64,000 bases of DNA, from the NCBI GenBank assembly GCA_039189765.1, contig JBCCYL010000001.1, positions 96,001-160,000 of the forward strand, given 5' to 3'. Made by a program: the position numbers and the translations under genes. Source of the stretch: Cyanobacteria bacterium P01_F01_bin.150. Lineage in GTDB: Bacteria; Cyanobacteriota; Cyanobacteriia; CAKZMO01. How positions within the stretch are numbered: the stretch's first letter is position 1; the number at the start of each line of letters is the position of its first letter. Under the pieces are notes generated by a model, which was not told where the DNA came from, did no database searches, and saw nothing but the letters and a program-made list of their open reading frames with translations. Shown piece by piece: positions 40,701 through 52,200 of the stretch.

Positions 40701-43700
40701 GTGAGTTTAATCCAGACGAAGTTGTATTCACAGGCTTGGCGGCACCTCCAGGACCGGATACAGACGCGGGGGGTTTTGCTGCATTGATCAGTGAGAGCAC
40801 CGCAACAATTACCCTACCGGTCTTTAAGGATGGTTTGGGAGAAGGGGTAGAGACTTACACCTTCAACATTGTGGATGGTGAAGCCTACGATCCCGATCCG
40901 GCAGCTAGCGAAGTGACTCTTTCCATTGAAGAGACACCTCCAGTGATTTCCGTTGATTTAGTGGGCGGCGTATTTGACGGCAGTGATTTGCTGACGCCTA
41001 ATCTGGTTGAGGCTCCCGAAGCAGGCACACCCGTTTTGAGCGTTGTGGTTCAGTCTGATGCGCCTATCCCTGAAGAAGGATTGGTTGTTGATATCAATAC
41101 TGATCTTGCCGATATCACTGAATTTGTTGAAGGCTCTAACTTTGTCCCCACAGCCTTTGGTGGCGAAGTCCTCGGTGCTATTTATGATGCCGACGGCAAT
41201 GCAACTGGCTTGACGGTCAGAATGGATGCGTTTAATACCGTTATTAACTTTGTCGGTGGCTTAGGCCTAGAGGGCGACGGCCCCCACGAGGTTAACTTCT
41301 CTGTGGAGCCAGGCGCAGGCTATACTCCGGCGGCTGATAGTGCTGGCATTACGGTCTATGACACGATTGACCAGGTTCCAGCGGTTACATCAGTTCCTGA
41401 AGTTGGCATCAATATTGCGGAGCAGCGTCGTCCCCTTTCCGAAGGTAGCGGTGCAATTACCGTGGACTTCACCGTTACCGGTGACATTCCTGATGAGGGC
41501 GTTATCGTTTATGTCAGCACTGGAGAACGTGCTGGATTGGGCGATTTTGACTTGCTAAATGCAGGGGTTGTTGGCGGTACGTTCCCACCTCCCGATGGAA
41601 ATGCAGGCGGCTTTTACTTCAAGATCACCGAGCCGACAGCTAGCATCACCTTGCAAGCGGCTGTGGATGATGAGATTGAAGGGATTGAAGACGTTAACAT
41701 TGCGATTCAGCCTCTATCTGGCTACACCATTGCTGATGGTGCGGGTGAAGCAACTGCACTGCTTCGCGAGGGCCGAGGCTCTGAGATTCAGATCAGCCTG
41801 GACGGGTCTCCCGATGTTCTGGTTGAGGAAGAGGGCACGGTTGCAACCGTTGAGCTGAGCTTGAGTGCTCCCCCTCCTGCGGAAGGGATAGAGGTCACGA
41901 TTGATGCGGCTGAAATGATTGAGTTTGATCCTCAGACTCTAACCGTATCAGATGGTGTGATTCCGGTAAGCGCAAATGAAGACAACACTAGCTTCACTAT
42001 TCTTGTCCAGCAGCAGGACGTTAGCCTGAGCGTTGCGATCGCCAACGACGGTGAAGCAGAAGGTCTTGAAACCGCCACCTTTAGTTTGGCAGAGGGAGAG
42101 GATTATCAAATCGATCCCGAGGCTGGGTCCAGCACCTTTACCATTGTGGATACTGCCGCTGATATTCCGGCTGCGCCTATCACTGAGAGCACCCGTAGCT
42201 CCCGTGATTCCATTGGTGACACCATTGCAGAGGCTGAATCCACTGGTTTAAGTGCTGACAACAGCCGCGTCACGGTTCAAGCCGCTATTAACGGTAACTT
42301 CTTTAATGGCGATCGGGTTCGCACCGATACCACTGAAGATGTGGATATGTATTCGGTGGAGCTATCTGCGGGTGATGTATTGCGTCTTGATATTGATGCT
42401 CAAATCAACAGTGATGAATCTCCGGATACGGTGCTGCGGCTATTTGACGCCGATGGAAACCAGCTTGCTCAGAGCGATGATGATTTTGCTCCCGATGAGC
42501 TGTTTGCTCCTGGTCGTCGCGATTCCTACATCGAGTTTACGGCTGAAACTGCTGGAACTTACTATGTGGGCGTCAGCAGCTTTGGTAATGGTCTCTTTGA
42601 CTTCTGGACTAACGACGACGGCACGTTTGACAACGATTTCTACGATCCAAACGTAGCGGGTAGTGGTGCCGGTCGTAGCGACGGTCCATACACCCTAAAT
42701 CTGTCCCTTAATGAAGCACCTAATGCAGCAGAAACTGAGATTCCTGCCAGCACGGGTGAAGGGCCAACGGTTTCTCTCTCAGCCACAGCTGCCACCTATG
42801 ACAGCAGCGACAATCTGATTGCTAGCACTTTGGTTCAGTACACGCCGGAATTTAGAAACGCCTCTATTTTGACCCTGAGTCTTGATGTTGATGGTGAAAT
42901 CCCTGAAGGCGGTGTTGAGACCTACATAACCACTGACGTTGACCTTTCTACCCTCTTTAGTACTAGCCAACCCTTCAGCTCAGAGGGCGTAGAAGTGCTT
43001 GGGGCAGTGTACGACGATGCAGGTGCCCCCGTTGGCTTGAAGGTGAATCTCACCACGGCAAGTGGCTTTATTAACCTCAACCTCATTGATCCTGAGGAAG
43101 CACCCACCGATGGTGAAGGGACGATTACCGTTACCCTGGAGCCTGCAGCTGGCTATACCGTGGGTGAAGGGACCTTCTCTGCCACTATCTACGACACGCT
43201 AGACGATGTACCTGATTTGCCAACGGTACCCACGGTTAGTATCTCCGTTAGTGAGACAACGTTAATTGAGTCTGAGGGCAATACTACAACCCTTACTTTT
43301 GAACTCAATGAGGCACCTCCAGCGGGTGGATTGACGATCAACGTCGACAGCGGTGTGCGTGCAGCCTTGGGTGAGTTTGACGTGTTTAATGCTGAGATTG
43401 AGGGCGGTAATTTCCCCTCCCCCAACTTCCGCGCCAGCGGTTTCTTCTTCACCATGACGGAGCAAACCGCAACTATCACCCTAGCCGCCTTTGACGAAAC
43501 CACTAATCCAGAAATCTCGGCTGAAAATGCACTAGAAGGAATTGATGAGTTTACGTTTACCGTGCAGCCAGGTGCTGGCTATGCCATTGCTCCCAATTCC
43601 AATGCGGTGACCGTAACCATCGCGGATAATCCTGACTCGGTTGTCCTGCCTGATGACGATGGTAACGACGACGGTGGCTCTGATGCTGGCGGTTTGACTG

Positions 43701-46700
43701 AGAGCGAATTTAACGACACCATTGCAGATGCGATGGACACTGGTCTTAGCTCGACGAGCCCAATCTTTAGAGTTAATGGTGAGATTGATAACAGTCGTCA
43801 GACTCGCAACTTTGTTGATGCTACTGAGGACGTTGATATCTACGCCATCACTCTAGAGGCTGGCCAAGTGGTCATTCTAGACGTAGATGGCGGCGGTACT
43901 GGCGATGCGGGTGTAGAAGGGTCCTTGCTTGATAACATCCTGCGGGTGTTTGATGCAGATGGCAACGAAGTCGCTATCAATGAAAATGGTGGTGCACCAG
44001 ATGAAGTCTTCCAAGCTAACGGTGATGCTTATCTGGAGTTTGAAGCACCTGCGGCGGGTACCTACTATGTGGGAATTAGCAACCTAGGTAACAACTTCTA
44101 CGACCCCAACGTTCAAGCTAGCGGCAGCGGCTGGGAGTTTGAAGATCGCTTTGAGCCTGGTCCTTACAGATTTACGGCAACTCTGAAAGGGGCTGTTGCT
44201 AATGATAACGACAGCGTTAGCGGCAACGATGACACCATCGCCAACGCTCAGACTCTAGACCTAACGGCAGACAACCCCAACATCTTGGTTGAAGCGGCGT
44301 TTGAACAGCGCTATTTGGATCGTAGCAACACCGTGGATGCCACTGAAGATGTGGATATGTTTGCGGTCCAGCTACAAGCGGGTGATGTTATCACTGTCGA
44401 TGCGGACTCTGTACTGGTTGACTTTGACGGCTTCCCCTCCGGCCCTGCTCCTGATATCACTATCTTTGACGCCAATGGCGACAGAGTGGTAATTGGTCAA
44501 GATGAGAATGGTGAAGATATCGTTGCTTACTCCCGTATCGGTGGTGCTCCTGATGAGGCCTTTATTGCTGGACGCGATGGCTATATCGAGTTCACAGCCC
44601 CTGAAACCGGCACGTACTACATCGGTGCATCCCAGTATCGTAACGATAGCTACGATGCAAACGTGGTAGGCAGTGGTTCCGGTGCGGTCTTTAGTCCTCG
44701 TTTCGGCGTTCTAGCGGGTGGTGAATACACTCTAAACATTCAGCTCAACCCCGAAGGGTTTACGGGTGACGTGTACGAAGCATTCGACGGTACCCCTGCG
44801 GATGATGCACCTACGGTAAGTTTCACGACGACTGGTGGAACCTTTGCCCGTGGTGATGTCCTTGTCTCTGACCAGATTATTGAGTCTGAGGATGCGGGTA
44901 CGGCAATCCTTGACTTTACCTTCAATGTGGATGGTGAAATCCCTGAAGGTGGTCTAGAGGTGTTCGTCACTAGCGACACTGACATGACTACCTACTTCGA
45001 GGGATTGTCTTCTAACCCACGGGTGGCAGTCGGTGGGGAAATCACTGGTGGTCTGTACAACACGGCAGGCGAACTGATTGGCTTCAAGGCAGTATTAACG
45101 GCCAGCAATGCCCGGTTCCCCTACAATGCGGCCCATCGTGAAGATGATGACCCTACGGCACCAGAGACGCTGACCTTCTCCTTGGCAAGTGGTCCTGCTT
45201 ACCAGGTAGATGACTCCTCTTCCTCTTCTGCGGTTACCTTCTACGACGACCTGACGCAAGTTCAGGCCAGTGGTGGCCCTGTCCCTGAAGTGGCGATCGC
45301 GGTCGATACCAACGAACTGATTGAGTCCGAAGGCACAGAATTGACGCTGACGGTGAACGTCACAGGCGACATTCCTGCCGAAGGTTTGTTGATCGCCATG
45401 GACGGTCAAGTCCCTGGCACAGAAGATTCAGCACGTGGCTTCCTGGGTGAGTTCGACGTATTCAACGCCGAAGTAACTGGTGGTCCATTCCCATCTCCCA
45501 ACGGCAGCGCCAGCGGCTTCTTCTTCCGCGTCTTTGAGAACACTGCAACGATTAAGCTACAGGTATTTGATGAGACCACCAATGATCAGATTGCACCGGA
45601 AGATGCCCTGGAGGGTGTAGAGGACTTCACCTTCTCTGTATTGGCAAGCGATGCTTACACCATCGACGCAACCGCCAGTTCGGTAGACATCACCATCAAG
45701 GACAACCCTGATTCTGTGCCTTTGACAGATGATGGTGGCGATGGTGGCAACGGTGGTGACGGTGGTGCAACCGATGGTCCTATCACCGATAACGATGGTC
45801 GTAGCACTATTGATGACACCATTGAGACCGCTAATCCGACTGGTTTGAGTCCAAATCAGACTGAGGTTAGTATTGAAGGCTCCATTGCTGTTCGCTGGCG
45901 GAATGCGGCGGAACAACGGGCTGACAACACTGAAGACGTGGATATGTACTCCTTCGACTTGGCTGCGGGTGAAACCGTATCCATCGATGCGATGTCTGTA
46001 CCGTTTGAGCTAGATGGCACCACCCAAGTGACGGCTCCTACGCTGCGAGTATTCAACGCTGCAGGTGAAGAGCTGGCCATCAGCGGTAGTGAAGTAGGTG
46101 GTCCTGTGGTAGCAGACCCCTCCCTTGAGTTCACTGCAACTGAAGCGGGTACCTACTATGTGGGTGTCTCCCAGTATCTGAACGATAACTATGATCCAGC
46201 TGTAAATGCCAGTGGTGATGGTGTTCAGTTAGTGGATGAAGGCATTAGTCCTGGAGAATACACGCTCAATCTGTCATTGACCACTGATCAGCCAGCGGTT
46301 CCTGTTATCAGCATCAACATTGAGCCAGACGTGCTGTCTGAGGAAGATGCCGATGATACGTTGGTTAGCGTCGGATTTAACGTTGATGGCGAGATTCCAG
46401 AGGGTGGCCTATCGGTGCTTGTTACCGGCAGCGTCAATATCCTTGACCAGGCAGATGGCGCACGGGACATCGTGTTTGATAATGCGGTTCTTGGTGAGTT
46501 CTTCGATCCTGCTACTGGTACTTTTGAAGTCATTGTTTCCGATAACAGTGGAGCAATCATTCTGCCTATCTTGAACGACATTATTCAGGAAGCGGATGAG
46601 GATTATACCTTCACCATCATTGAGAACGATGGGTCCATCGACTCCACCTATGCGGTCGATGCAGATGCTAGCACTGATACCTTCACATTGATTGATGGTA

Positions 46701-48334
46701 ACGGTGGCCCTGGCGTTGGACCTACGGTTGGTCTCTCACTCAGTGACACTGAGCTAACGGAAGGTGATGGATTTACCATCAACTTTGATGTGGATGGCGA
46801 GATTCCTGCTGAAGGATTGACTATTCTGGTGGATAGCCCAACTGTCTTTGCCTTGAGCGAATTCAATATCTTTGATGCGGATGGTAATCCTGCCTTTGAG
46901 TCCACTGGTATTGCAGGTGTACCTCTTGTTGGCGATACCGGAGCGAGCAGCTTCTTGGTAACGTTGACGGAGCCAGATGCCAGTATTACCATCACGACCT
47001 TTGAAGATGGTCCAAACGAAGGACTAGAGGAATTCAGCTACAGCATCGTAGATGGAGAAGTTTACGAGGTATCTGCTGATGCGGGTGAAGTATCCTTCAC
47101 GATTGATGATGGCGGAACGCCTGAGCCAGAGCCTCCGACGGATTCCATTGAAGTTGTAGTTACTGTCGAAAACTTATCTCCCAATGCAGGAACGTTTATA
47201 ACCCCACTTTGGGTCGGCTTCCACAACGGTGAATTTGATATTTACAATCGCGGGGAAGCGGCTACTCCAGGGTTGGAAAGCCTAGCTGAAGACGGAAGTG
47301 CCGATCTTCTATCCGCAGATTTCGTCAATAGTGGGTTTGGTGCAGTGGATGGCGTTATTATTGGCCCTGAGGGATTGGGTGGTCCAATCGACCCAGGTGA
47401 AGTGACGTCTGCAACCTTTACCCTCGATCTAACTGCTGACAATAGCCAGTTCTTTAGCTATGCATCGATGATTCTGCCATCGAATGACGCCTTTATTGCC
47501 AATGGCGACCCGATGATTCATAGCCTATTTGATGAAGAGGGTAACTTTGTTGGTGTAGATTTCATTGTTGCAGGCAGTGAGGTTCTCGATGCAGGGACCG
47601 AGGTCAATGACGAATTGGCTGAGACGACGGCATTCTTCTCTCAAGCGGCACCGAACACGGGTGCAGATGAAAATGGAGTTGTCGAACTCCATCCAGGCTT
47701 TATTGAAGGAGGTAGAATCCTAAGCGAAGATGGCAGCACGGAGGGGGCACCAGCGGCCTTTACCAATGCTGACTTTACCGCAGAGGGCTATCAGGTTGTT
47801 CGAATCACGGTAGAGGCAGTGACGTCTGAGCCTCCTGTGCCCCCTGCGCCTAGCACCAGCATCGACTTTGAGGATGATACTTTAGACGTTGGCGAAGTGG
47901 TCACCGACCAGTTTGACGGATTAAGCGTGTCCGTTGCAGGCGATTTGGAGGCTATGATCTTTGACACGGCTAATCCAACTGGCGGAGATTACGACCTTCG
48001 CAGTGATGATTTAGGTAAGGTCTTGATCATCTCTGAGGATGGTGACTCCACTGACCCGGATGACAATATCAGGGGTGGTAAAGTGGAGTTTGATTGGAAC
48101 AGCGGAGTCAGCCTTGATAGCATTGGCTTGCTTGATATGGAAGAGTCCGGTAGCACTATCACTCTGTTTGCTACTGATGACACGACAGTGTTGGCAACGA
48201 TCGAGATTCCAACCCTCGGCGACAACAGCTACCAGAGCCTTGACCTTGGTGTTGATGGCGTGGGTAAGATGGACGTCTACTTGGCCGGTAGTGGCGCGAT
48301 CACCGAAATCATTGTTAGCGATAGCAATGCGTAA
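37724..48334 (+). CDS. Giant acidic repeat protein 1 (~3536 aa): many beta-rich repeats, 4 PPC-like domains, spondin_N-like domain, shared C-terminal domain
   Basis: Start moved from GTG 37625 to ATG 37724: AGGAG lies upstream and MPVVSLSTSTNFSG aligns with the paralog start MVQVNLATSTNFSG. Four DVD(M/I)(Y/F)..L.AG...GTYY(V/I)G domains; ESLAEDG...SMILPSNDAF...DAGTEVN spondin motifs. Confidence 0.9.
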   Translation: MPVVSLSTSTNFSGSENALIENEGTELTLTFSLDEPAPAGGLKVYVDSDVPEILNRLNLILLAFDPSRLSNLTASQAAFTDFSNSGFTATINAGATEASVTVPVFDTNESTPDPFFPDTYDGLTTATFTLKTRDQIDSVDETSPRGNTGNDLAAIENDGVPVSDYTIGTASSTVLFVDDVSQLPSDPTPTPPPTPPPTPPSPANGYDEATSGDISDNPSNPIELDLAEGTTQLSATTGGGDQEYVTVTVPDGTQLDSITVDSYSTGDVAFIGVQEGSTFTEPLDNSADVGELLGYALFDNGDEGTDILDNIGRGDGAEGFTGPLPSGTYTFALQQLGASSDYTLDFNVSEASAPTPTPPPTPTPTPPPSGPPVVSFEAVPATISEEAPAEDRLLRLEFSVAGEIPEGGLVVLFENLFGITDQADSEAEGAAFEGLGLAPPFDQENNIIGIRLLENQAAIQLPMINDLVEETTTFDFRLLEGEGYELDPDQNATLFTITDDNGGPGVGPTIGLSVSETNLAEGDTFTVNFAVDGTIPAGGIDVLVTSDESVAGPLGQFELSNLETLQLSGVSNLRPGDDRGQSFIATITEANASITLSVFDDIIAEEPVDIPFILANGELYEVDPNAADVTLTISDEPQPVGPTVGISLDKTDAVEGDSVTLSFNVEGDIPDGGLTVLVNDTTSARTGARSLTEFDIAGVQLSDGIDGFPIAAEGDSGFFVTLTAANASITLPVIDDGADEDEALEMFTFEVIDGEAYEVSADAGSVTLNISDAAPVAPTVSLSTDVTTLIESEGTIVTFTLETSGTLPEVVLDEDGDYVSGGLPVTLQIDSAQLEWFFDFDNNSRPRTNAETGSFNEVLVLGDNSTGIAGGRLIGTLLPPDFNTVELTLTESTASFQFEVFDDVFAEANEDITFTLLGGDGYEVAADATPVTLTLQDSPDGTIDGTTPVVSLSVDSTTVAEGDALTVTFNVTGDIPDGGLLVFVDSNASGVLGEFNPDEVVFTGLAAPPGPDTDAGGFAALISESTATITLPVFKDGLGEGVETYTFNIVDGEAYDPDPAASEVTLSIEETPPVISVDLVGGVFDGSDLLTPNLVEAPEAGTPVLSVVVQSDAPIPEEGLVVDINTDLADITEFVEGSNFVPTAFGGEVLGAIYDADGNATGLTVRMDAFNTVINFVGGLGLEGDGPHEVNFSVEPGAGYTPAADSAGITVYDTIDQVPAVTSVPEVGINIAEQRRPLSEGSGAITVDFTVTGDIPDEGVIVYVSTGERAGLGDFDLLNAGVVGGTFPPPDGNAGGFYFKITEPTASITLQAAVDDEIEGIEDVNIAIQPLSGYTIADGAGEATALLREGRGSEIQISLDGSPDVLVEEEGTVATVELSLSAPPPAEGIEVTIDAAEMIEFDPQTLTVSDGVIPVSANEDNTSFTILVQQQDVSLSVAIANDGEAEGLETATFSLAEGEDYQIDPEAGSSTFTIVDTAADIPAAPITESTRSSRDSIGDTIAEAESTGLSADNSRVTVQAAINGNFFNGDRVRTDTTEDVDMYSVELSAGDVLRLDIDAQINSDESPDTVLRLFDADGNQLAQSDDDFAPDELFAPGRRDSYIEFTAETAGTYYVGVSSFGNGLFDFWTNDDGTFDNDFYDPNVAGSGAGRSDGPYTLNLSLNEAPNAAETEIPASTGEGPTVSLSATAATYDSSDNLIASTLVQYTPEFRNASILTLSLDVDGEIPEGGVETYITTDVDLSTLFSTSQPFSSEGVEVLGAVYDDAGAPVGLKVNLTTASGFINLNLIDPEEAPTDGEGTITVTLEPAAGYTVGEGTFSATIYDTLDDVPDLPTVPTVSISVSETTLIESEGNTTTLTFELNEAPPAGGLTINVDSGVRAALGEFDVFNAEIEGGNFPSPNFRASGFFFTMTEQTATITLAAFDETTNPEISAENALEGIDEFTFTVQPGAGYAIAPNSNAVTVTIADNPDSVVLPDDDGNDDGGSDAGGLTESEFNDTIADAMDTGLSSTSPIFRVNGEIDNSRQTRNFVDATEDVDIYAITLEAGQVVILDVDGGGTGDAGVEGSLLDNILRVFDADGNEVAINENGGAPDEVFQANGDAYLEFEAPAAGTYYVGISNLGNNFYDPNVQASGSGWEFEDRFEPGPYRFTATLKGAVANDNDSVSGNDDTIANAQTLDLTADNPNILVEAAFEQRYLDRSNTVDATEDVDMFAVQLQAGDVITVDADSVLVDFDGFPSGPAPDITIFDANGDRVVIGQDENGEDIVAYSRIGGAPDEAFIAGRDGYIEFTAPETGTYYIGASQYRNDSYDANVVGSGSGAVFSPRFGVLAGGEYTLNIQLNPEGFTGDVYEAFDGTPADDAPTVSFTTTGGTFARGDVLVSDQIIESEDAGTAILDFTFNVDGEIPEGGLEVFVTSDTDMTTYFEGLSSNPRVAVGGEITGGLYNTAGELIGFKAVLTASNARFPYNAAHREDDDPTAPETLTFSLASGPAYQVDDSSSSSAVTFYDDLTQVQASGGPVPEVAIAVDTNELIESEGTELTLTVNVTGDIPAEGLLIAMDGQVPGTEDSARGFLGEFDVFNAEVTGGPFPSPNGSASGFFFRVFENTATIKLQVFDETTNDQIAPEDALEGVEDFTFSVLASDAYTIDATASSVDITIKDNPDSVPLTDDGGDGGNGGDGGATDGPITDNDGRSTIDDTIETANPTGLSPNQTEVSIEGSIAVRWRNAAEQRADNTEDVDMYSFDLAAGETVSIDAMSVPFELDGTTQVTAPTLRVFNAAGEELAISGSEVGGPVVADPSLEFTATEAGTYYVGVSQYLNDNYDPAVNASGDGVQLVDEGISPGEYTLNLSLTTDQPAVPVISINIEPDVLSEEDADDTLVSVGFNVDGEIPEGGLSVLVTGSVNILDQADGARDIVFDNAVLGEFFDPATGTFEVIVSDNSGAIILPILNDIIQEADEDYTFTIIENDGSIDSTYAVDADASTDTFTLIDGNGGPGVGPTVGLSLSDTELTEGDGFTINFDVDGEIPAEGLTILVDSPTVFALSEFNIFDADGNPAFESTGIAGVPLVGDTGASSFLVTLTEPDASITITTFEDGPNEGLEEFSYSIVDGEVYEVSADAGEVSFTIDDGGTPEPEPPTDSIEVVVTVENLSPNAGTFITPLWVGFHNGEFDIYNRGEAATPGLESLAEDGSADLLSADFVNSGFGAVDGVIIGPEGLGGPIDPGEVTSATFTLDLTADNSQFFSYASMILPSNDAFIANGDPMIHSLFDEEGNFVGVDFIVAGSEVLDAGTEVNDELAETTAFFSQAAPNTGADENGVVELHPGFIEGGRILSEDGSTEGAPAAFTNADFTAEGYQVVRITVEAVTSEPPVPPAPSTSIDFEDDTLDVGEVVTDQFDGLSVSVAGDLEAMIFDTANPTGGDYDLRSDDLGKVLIISEDGDSTDPDDNIRGGKVEFDWNSGVSLDSIGLLDMEESGSTITLFATDDTTVLATIEIPTLGDNSYQSLDLGVDGVGKMDVYLAGSGAITEIIVSDSNA

Positions 48335-48474
48335 TTGAGCTGCATTCCATTTCAGCTCACTGTGCTTTGCAGATGGAACAGACTTGACTGGGGTTATCTA
48401 AATGTCCTTTGCATTAAATAGCCTGAGTCAGACTGAACAACCCTCTGCCTAGCATCGTAATAACCACATTAGCT

Positions 48475-48520
48475 GGGACGTTTTTGCAGGGGGTGCCCCT
48501 TGCAGAAACGTCCCTATTTT
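48475..48520 (+). terminator. Intrinsic terminator after giant gene 1
   Basis: GGGACGTTTTTGCAGGGG-gtg-CCCCTTGCAGAAACGTCCC hairpin followed by TATTTT. Confidence 0.75.
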
Positions 48521-48551
48521 AATGATAGGTCTACGGCTATAACCCTTTCAC

Positions 48552-48577
48552 TTGTGAAAAATTTGCACAAATGATAC
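48552..48577. promoter_or_regulatory. Palindromic operator candidate, copy 2
   Basis: TTGTGAAAAATTTGCACAA followed by ATGATAC, upstream of giant gene 2. Confidence 0.5.
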
Positions 48578-49220
48578 CAGTCGTCACACCCATAAGTATT
48601 GTTACGTAGGTTAAAATAGTATCCAAGAATTAGAAATCAGCTTTCTCAGTTGGAGCTCAGCAAACGCTAAGGTGGTTTCTAATATATATATGCAAAACTG
48701 TGGTACCGGCGATCGCTCCTTCCCTTTACAAATGGCCATTAGACCTGATACCTACAAATGGCTGGCGATCGCTCCCATACCCAAAGTCTTTTGTTCTTGG
48801 CAATTGTTTCAAGAGCAAGACTCAGGCATGTACTCCTAAGATTTTTATTCTCTCTCAGTATTTTTACCAGCTTCATAGTCTCTTTAAATAAAAAGCATCA
48901 TCTTGCCAATTCAGTGATGCTACTATATTCAGTGCAACACTATTGATAACGTTATTTCTCAGATAGATTTTGATATTCGTCAATCTCTTATAAACGTTCT
49001 CCTAGATCCCAGCCGAACCTAGTGGCTACCCCCCTGGCAGAATAAACTTTAGTCTGCCGGATTAATTGGCCGTAAAGCGATTGGCAAGTGGGAGACGAAA
49101 AGCTGCTAGTTTGTACTGCGCCAGCATGGGTTTATATGTATGGCGCTAGGCTGATTCGTCAAGCCGTATTGAAGTGGAAAAGTGTTTTTGCAATCTTGCA
49201 TATTGGAGCAATAGCAGTAG

Positions 49221-52200
49221 ATGACAATAATTAATCTGAGCGCAAGTCCTACAACCCTAATTGAAGACCAGGGGACGCGAGTTACCTTTCAAATCTCTTT
49301 GAGTGAGGCACCTCCTACTAATGGTTTACAGGTTAACTTTGGGACAGGTAAGGACAGAGGATTAGCGGACTTTTTGGTACTTCCTGCGGATGGTGCAGTA
49401 TATGACGGAGCTTTCCCAGTTGCGTCTTTTCCCGATTTAAGTGGGGTTACTCTTCTGATTACCTCACAAAATCCGACTATTTCATTCAACATTTTTGATG
49501 ATGCTGATCTTCCGGCTGATGATCCAAATGCAACCGTCAATGATGATGTTGGAGAAGAGCAGACTACCTTCTCTATTTTGCCTGGTGATGGCTACACCGT
49601 TGGTGATAATGGCTCCGTAACGCTAACGCTTCTAGATACGGAAGGTGCTGAAGGCGGTGAAGGTGCTGAAGGCGGTGAAGGTGCTGAAGGCGGTGAAGGT
49701 GCTGAAGGCGGTGAAGGTGCTGAAGGCGGTGAAGGTGCTGAAGGCGGCGAAGGTGCTGAAGGCGGCGAAGGTGCTGAAGGCGGTGAAGGTGCTGAAGGCG
49801 GTGAAGGTGCTGAAGGCGGCGAAGGTGCTGAAGGCGGCGAAGGTGCTGAAGGCGGTGAAGGCGGTGAAGGTGCTGAAGGCGGTGAAGGTGCTGAAGGCGG
49901 TGAAGGTGCTGAAGGCGGCGACGTCACCGTTAGCTTTAGTACGACCTCTGGTACCCTCAGCGAAGTCGATGGCCCTGCACTGGTACTCAACTTCAGTGTG
50001 GATGGCGAAATCCCTGAAGGTGGCATCACAGTCAACCTGGAAGGAGATACTGCCGAGATTCTCCAGCAGTTCTTGGCTCCAGATGGCGATGGTGCAGTCC
50101 AAACTCGAGTTACCGAAGAAGGCACTACCCTTTATCGCTTTGACACGTCGTTTGTCCCTGGCGCGGGAATTGAAGGCGGAACACTGGATGTGTTCTCCCT
50201 GGAAGATGGCGACCCAGCAGAAGACAACTCTAACCCAGCAGCAGCAGGGACTGGCTTCTTAAGCAACTTTAGCTTCACCATCACCGAATCGACAGCTAGT
50301 ATTACCTTGCCAGTGTCTGATGACATTGTCCAAGAGGCGGACCAAACTTTCAGCTACACACTTGTAGCAGGGGATGGTTACACCGTAGACCCAACTCAAA
50401 ACTCAGGTACATTCACCGTAACGGATGGGGTCACTCCTGCCACATCCCCAACCGTTGGTGTTGTAGTTAGTGAAACCAACCTAGTCGAAGAAGAGCAAAC
50501 CAGAACAACGCTTACCTTCACCACAGCGGGAGACATCCCTGCTGAAGGACTGTTGGTTCAGTTGCAAGGACCAACCAGGGCCGTCGCTGAATTTGACGTT
50601 AATGGCACGAATAATACCCAGCCTCGTTTGCCGGAAGATGAATTAGAGGTAACTGGTCCGGTTGTCACCGGCGGTAATATCGCTGGTACCGATGAAGTAG
50701 CCGGTTCGGTATTCTTCCGAATTGCAGAACCCACAGCATCTATAGATATCGCTGTCTTTGATGATGATGTGATTGAAGGCACTGAAAATCTGACCTTCAC
50801 CCTAGTTGATGGCGAAGCCTATGAAGTTGACTCTGCGGCCAGCTCCATTGCAGTGACTATTACTGATAGTGATGGTTTTGAAGGTTACCAGCCTGGTGAT
50901 GCAGCTAGATTAGTAACTCCCCCTGCTCCTGCTCCAACCAATCCTGGAGAACAAGCTAATGCTGACTTTGTAGATCAGCTTGAAGGTGAGGAACTTCTTG
51001 ACGAACTACAAGACGGTGGTTATGTAATCTACTTCCGTCATGCCATGACCGAGCGCGACTTCGCGGATCAAGTCACAGCAGATGTTAACGATTTTTCCAC
51101 TCAGAGGGTACTGAGTGAGTTTGGTATACAACAATCCCTCGCTATCGGTGAAGGTTTTGAACTAGCTGAAATTCCTGTTGGCTCTGTAACCACTAGTGAT
51201 TATGGCCGTGCTGTTAAGACTGCTGCGATCGCATTTGGTGAGTACCAGAAAGACTCTGCGCTGAACTTCCTGCCATTTGAAGACTACACCGATGCACAAA
51301 TCGAAGAGATGCGGGCTAATGTACTGCCTTTCTTGACTACAGAACCAGAAGCTGGAGAAAACAGCGTCATCGTTGGTCACGATGATCTCTTTGAGGCTGG
51401 AACGGGCATTTATCCTGATCCACAGGGTATTGCTTATATTCTTGACCCAGACGGTATGGGTGGTTTCGAAATTGTTGCTAACCTACTGCCTGAGGAATGG
51501 GTTGAGCTAGCTGAAGGCGGCGAAGGTGCTGAAGGTGGCGAAGGTGCTGAAGGTGGCGAAGGTGCTGAAGGTGGCGAAGGTGCTGAAGGTGGCGAAGGTG
51601 CTGAAGGCGGCGAAGGTGCTGAAGGCGGCGAAGGTGCTGAAGGCGGCGAAGGTGCTGAAGGTGGCGAAGGTGCTGAAGGTGGCGAAGGTGCTGAAGGTGG
51701 CGAAGGTGCTGAAGGTGGCGAAGGTGCTGAAGGTGGCGAAGGTGCTGAAGGTGGCGAAGGTGCTGAAGGCGGCGAAGGTGCTGAAGGCGGTGAAGGTGCT
51801 GAAGGCGGTGAAGGTGCTGAAGGCGGCGAAGGTGCTGAAGGTGGCGAAGGTGCTGAAGGCGGCGAAGGTGCTGAAGGCGGCGAAGGTGCTGAAGGCGGCG
51901 AAGGTGCTGAAGGCGGTGAAGGTGCTGAAGGCGGTGAAGGTGCTGAAGGCGGCGAAGGTGCTGAAGGCATCACCGTAGACATTAGCAGCAGTCCAAATGT
52001 TTTAGTTGAGGAAGATGGCACAAACCTAACTGTATCCTTTGAACTAAGTGAAGCGGCTCCAGCGGGTGGTCTACGGGTGTTCGTGGATAGCGATATTCCA
52101 GGAATCGTCAGCCGATTGAATCTACCTTTCTTTGCCTTTAACCCTCAGGTGGAGAATGTCGATCCGTCATCCTTCGTCACATCCTTTGATAACTCTGGAT

